DNA of 62,952 nt, counting the filler, from Octopus bimaculoides (lineage: Eukaryota), in the NCBI RefSeq assembly GCF_001194135.2. It is 6 parts of 6 records of this genome, joined end to end, with 100 filler letters (N's around TTAATTAATTAA, not from the genome) between each part and the next. Parts side by side here need not be neighbours in the genome. Positions count along the whole stretch, not along the records: positions 60,303 to 62,952 come from NW_026313562.1; 5 more parts are not named here. One strand, 5' to 3'. Made by a program: the position numbers and the translations under genes. How positions within the stretch are numbered: position 1 is the first letter of the stretch; the number at the start of each line of letters is the position of its first letter. Below, piece by piece: positions 62,200 through 62,952 of the stretch. The notes beneath the pieces are model-generated. The model did no database searches. It had not been told where the DNA came from and saw only the letters and a list, made by a program, of their open reading frames with translations.

Positions 62200-62390
62200 G
62201 TAATTCATGCTATTCAGTCTTGACGAAGGAGTATTGCCCGAAACGTTAAAATGTTTTATCTCTCTCCCGCAGTGACATATAAATAGACTGAGTTTCCCTC
62301 TATTCATTGGTGTTACTGTGTTCACTTTGCTGTTGCCTGTGTTGTAATTTGCGTCCCTTCATTATACTATTTACTGTACATACTGTTAAA
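62200..62390 (+). mobile_element. Possible Penelope-like pseudo-LTR remnant
   Basis: TTGACGA-AGG...CCC-GAAACGTTAA resembles a decayed hammerhead core of the 51961 type. Confidence 0.35.
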
Positions 62391-62410
62391 TGTGTGCGTG
62401 TATGCGTGTA

Positions 62411-62513
<103 letters not shown>

Positions 62514-62667
62514 TCAGTCTGGGAGAGCACATATAGAACTCAAAAACGCGAGCATGATTATTTTTTAACGACCTAGTGAGACGTGAAGGCATCTTTCATG
62601 TGCAAACGTCTTCGAGAAAGCAATATGCTCTAAACAATTCTTCGCTCTAAGTACTACCCATCAACCC

Positions 62668-62719
<52 letters not shown>

Positions 62720-62952
62720 GACCCCCATCTCACACACACATACACATACACAGACGTGTGCATATTCCAAGACTCCATACCTACCGACTCTAAATAAAAT
62801 AAATAATGGAAAAATACACACGTAGAGCAAACATTACTTTTCAATGGGAAAATTCTCTGCGTGTACACAATAGCTCTTAATAATCATTGAAGATTGAGTG
62901 GTAAACAACGAAACTACAAAGTCAATATAGTCGATATGTGTGTGTGTGTGTG

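Overview
Eukaryotic, AT-rich, microsatellite-saturated draft scaffold with many N-gaps. The repeat families and low-complexity style suggest a cephalopod (Octopus-like) genome; this is inferred from memory of such repeats, not from a search. No prokaryotic systems are present. One host coding exon is well supported: a minus-strand exon (about 17575/17621 to 16180) with a long S/T/P/A-rich N-terminus, the start of a calpain catalytic domain (LFVDNSFPPDISSL...FKRPT) and a perfect phase-0 GTAAGT donor at the position where classical calpains end their first coding exon. No further calpain exons were found. The rest is a transposon graveyard: several tRNA-derived SINE families (about 30 copies), a full-length dead cecropia-type mariner with intact TIRs, a truncated second mariner, MITEs, RTE, HERO-like and Tx1-like LINE fragments, a deleted Helitron, a hAT fragment, a tRNA-iMet pseudogene and Penelope-like elements with GIY-YIG fragments. 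The most interesting signal is a set of hammerhead-ribozyme cores in putative Penelope terminal repeats: one apparently intact at 41928-42015 with an unusually long stem II, and four degenerate ones carrying short (near-)palindromic stem/loop III sequences. Penelope hammerheads are a known class, so any novelty lies in the particular variants. Almost all ORFs in the supplied track are microsatellite or N-gap artefacts. SINE boundaries are approximate.
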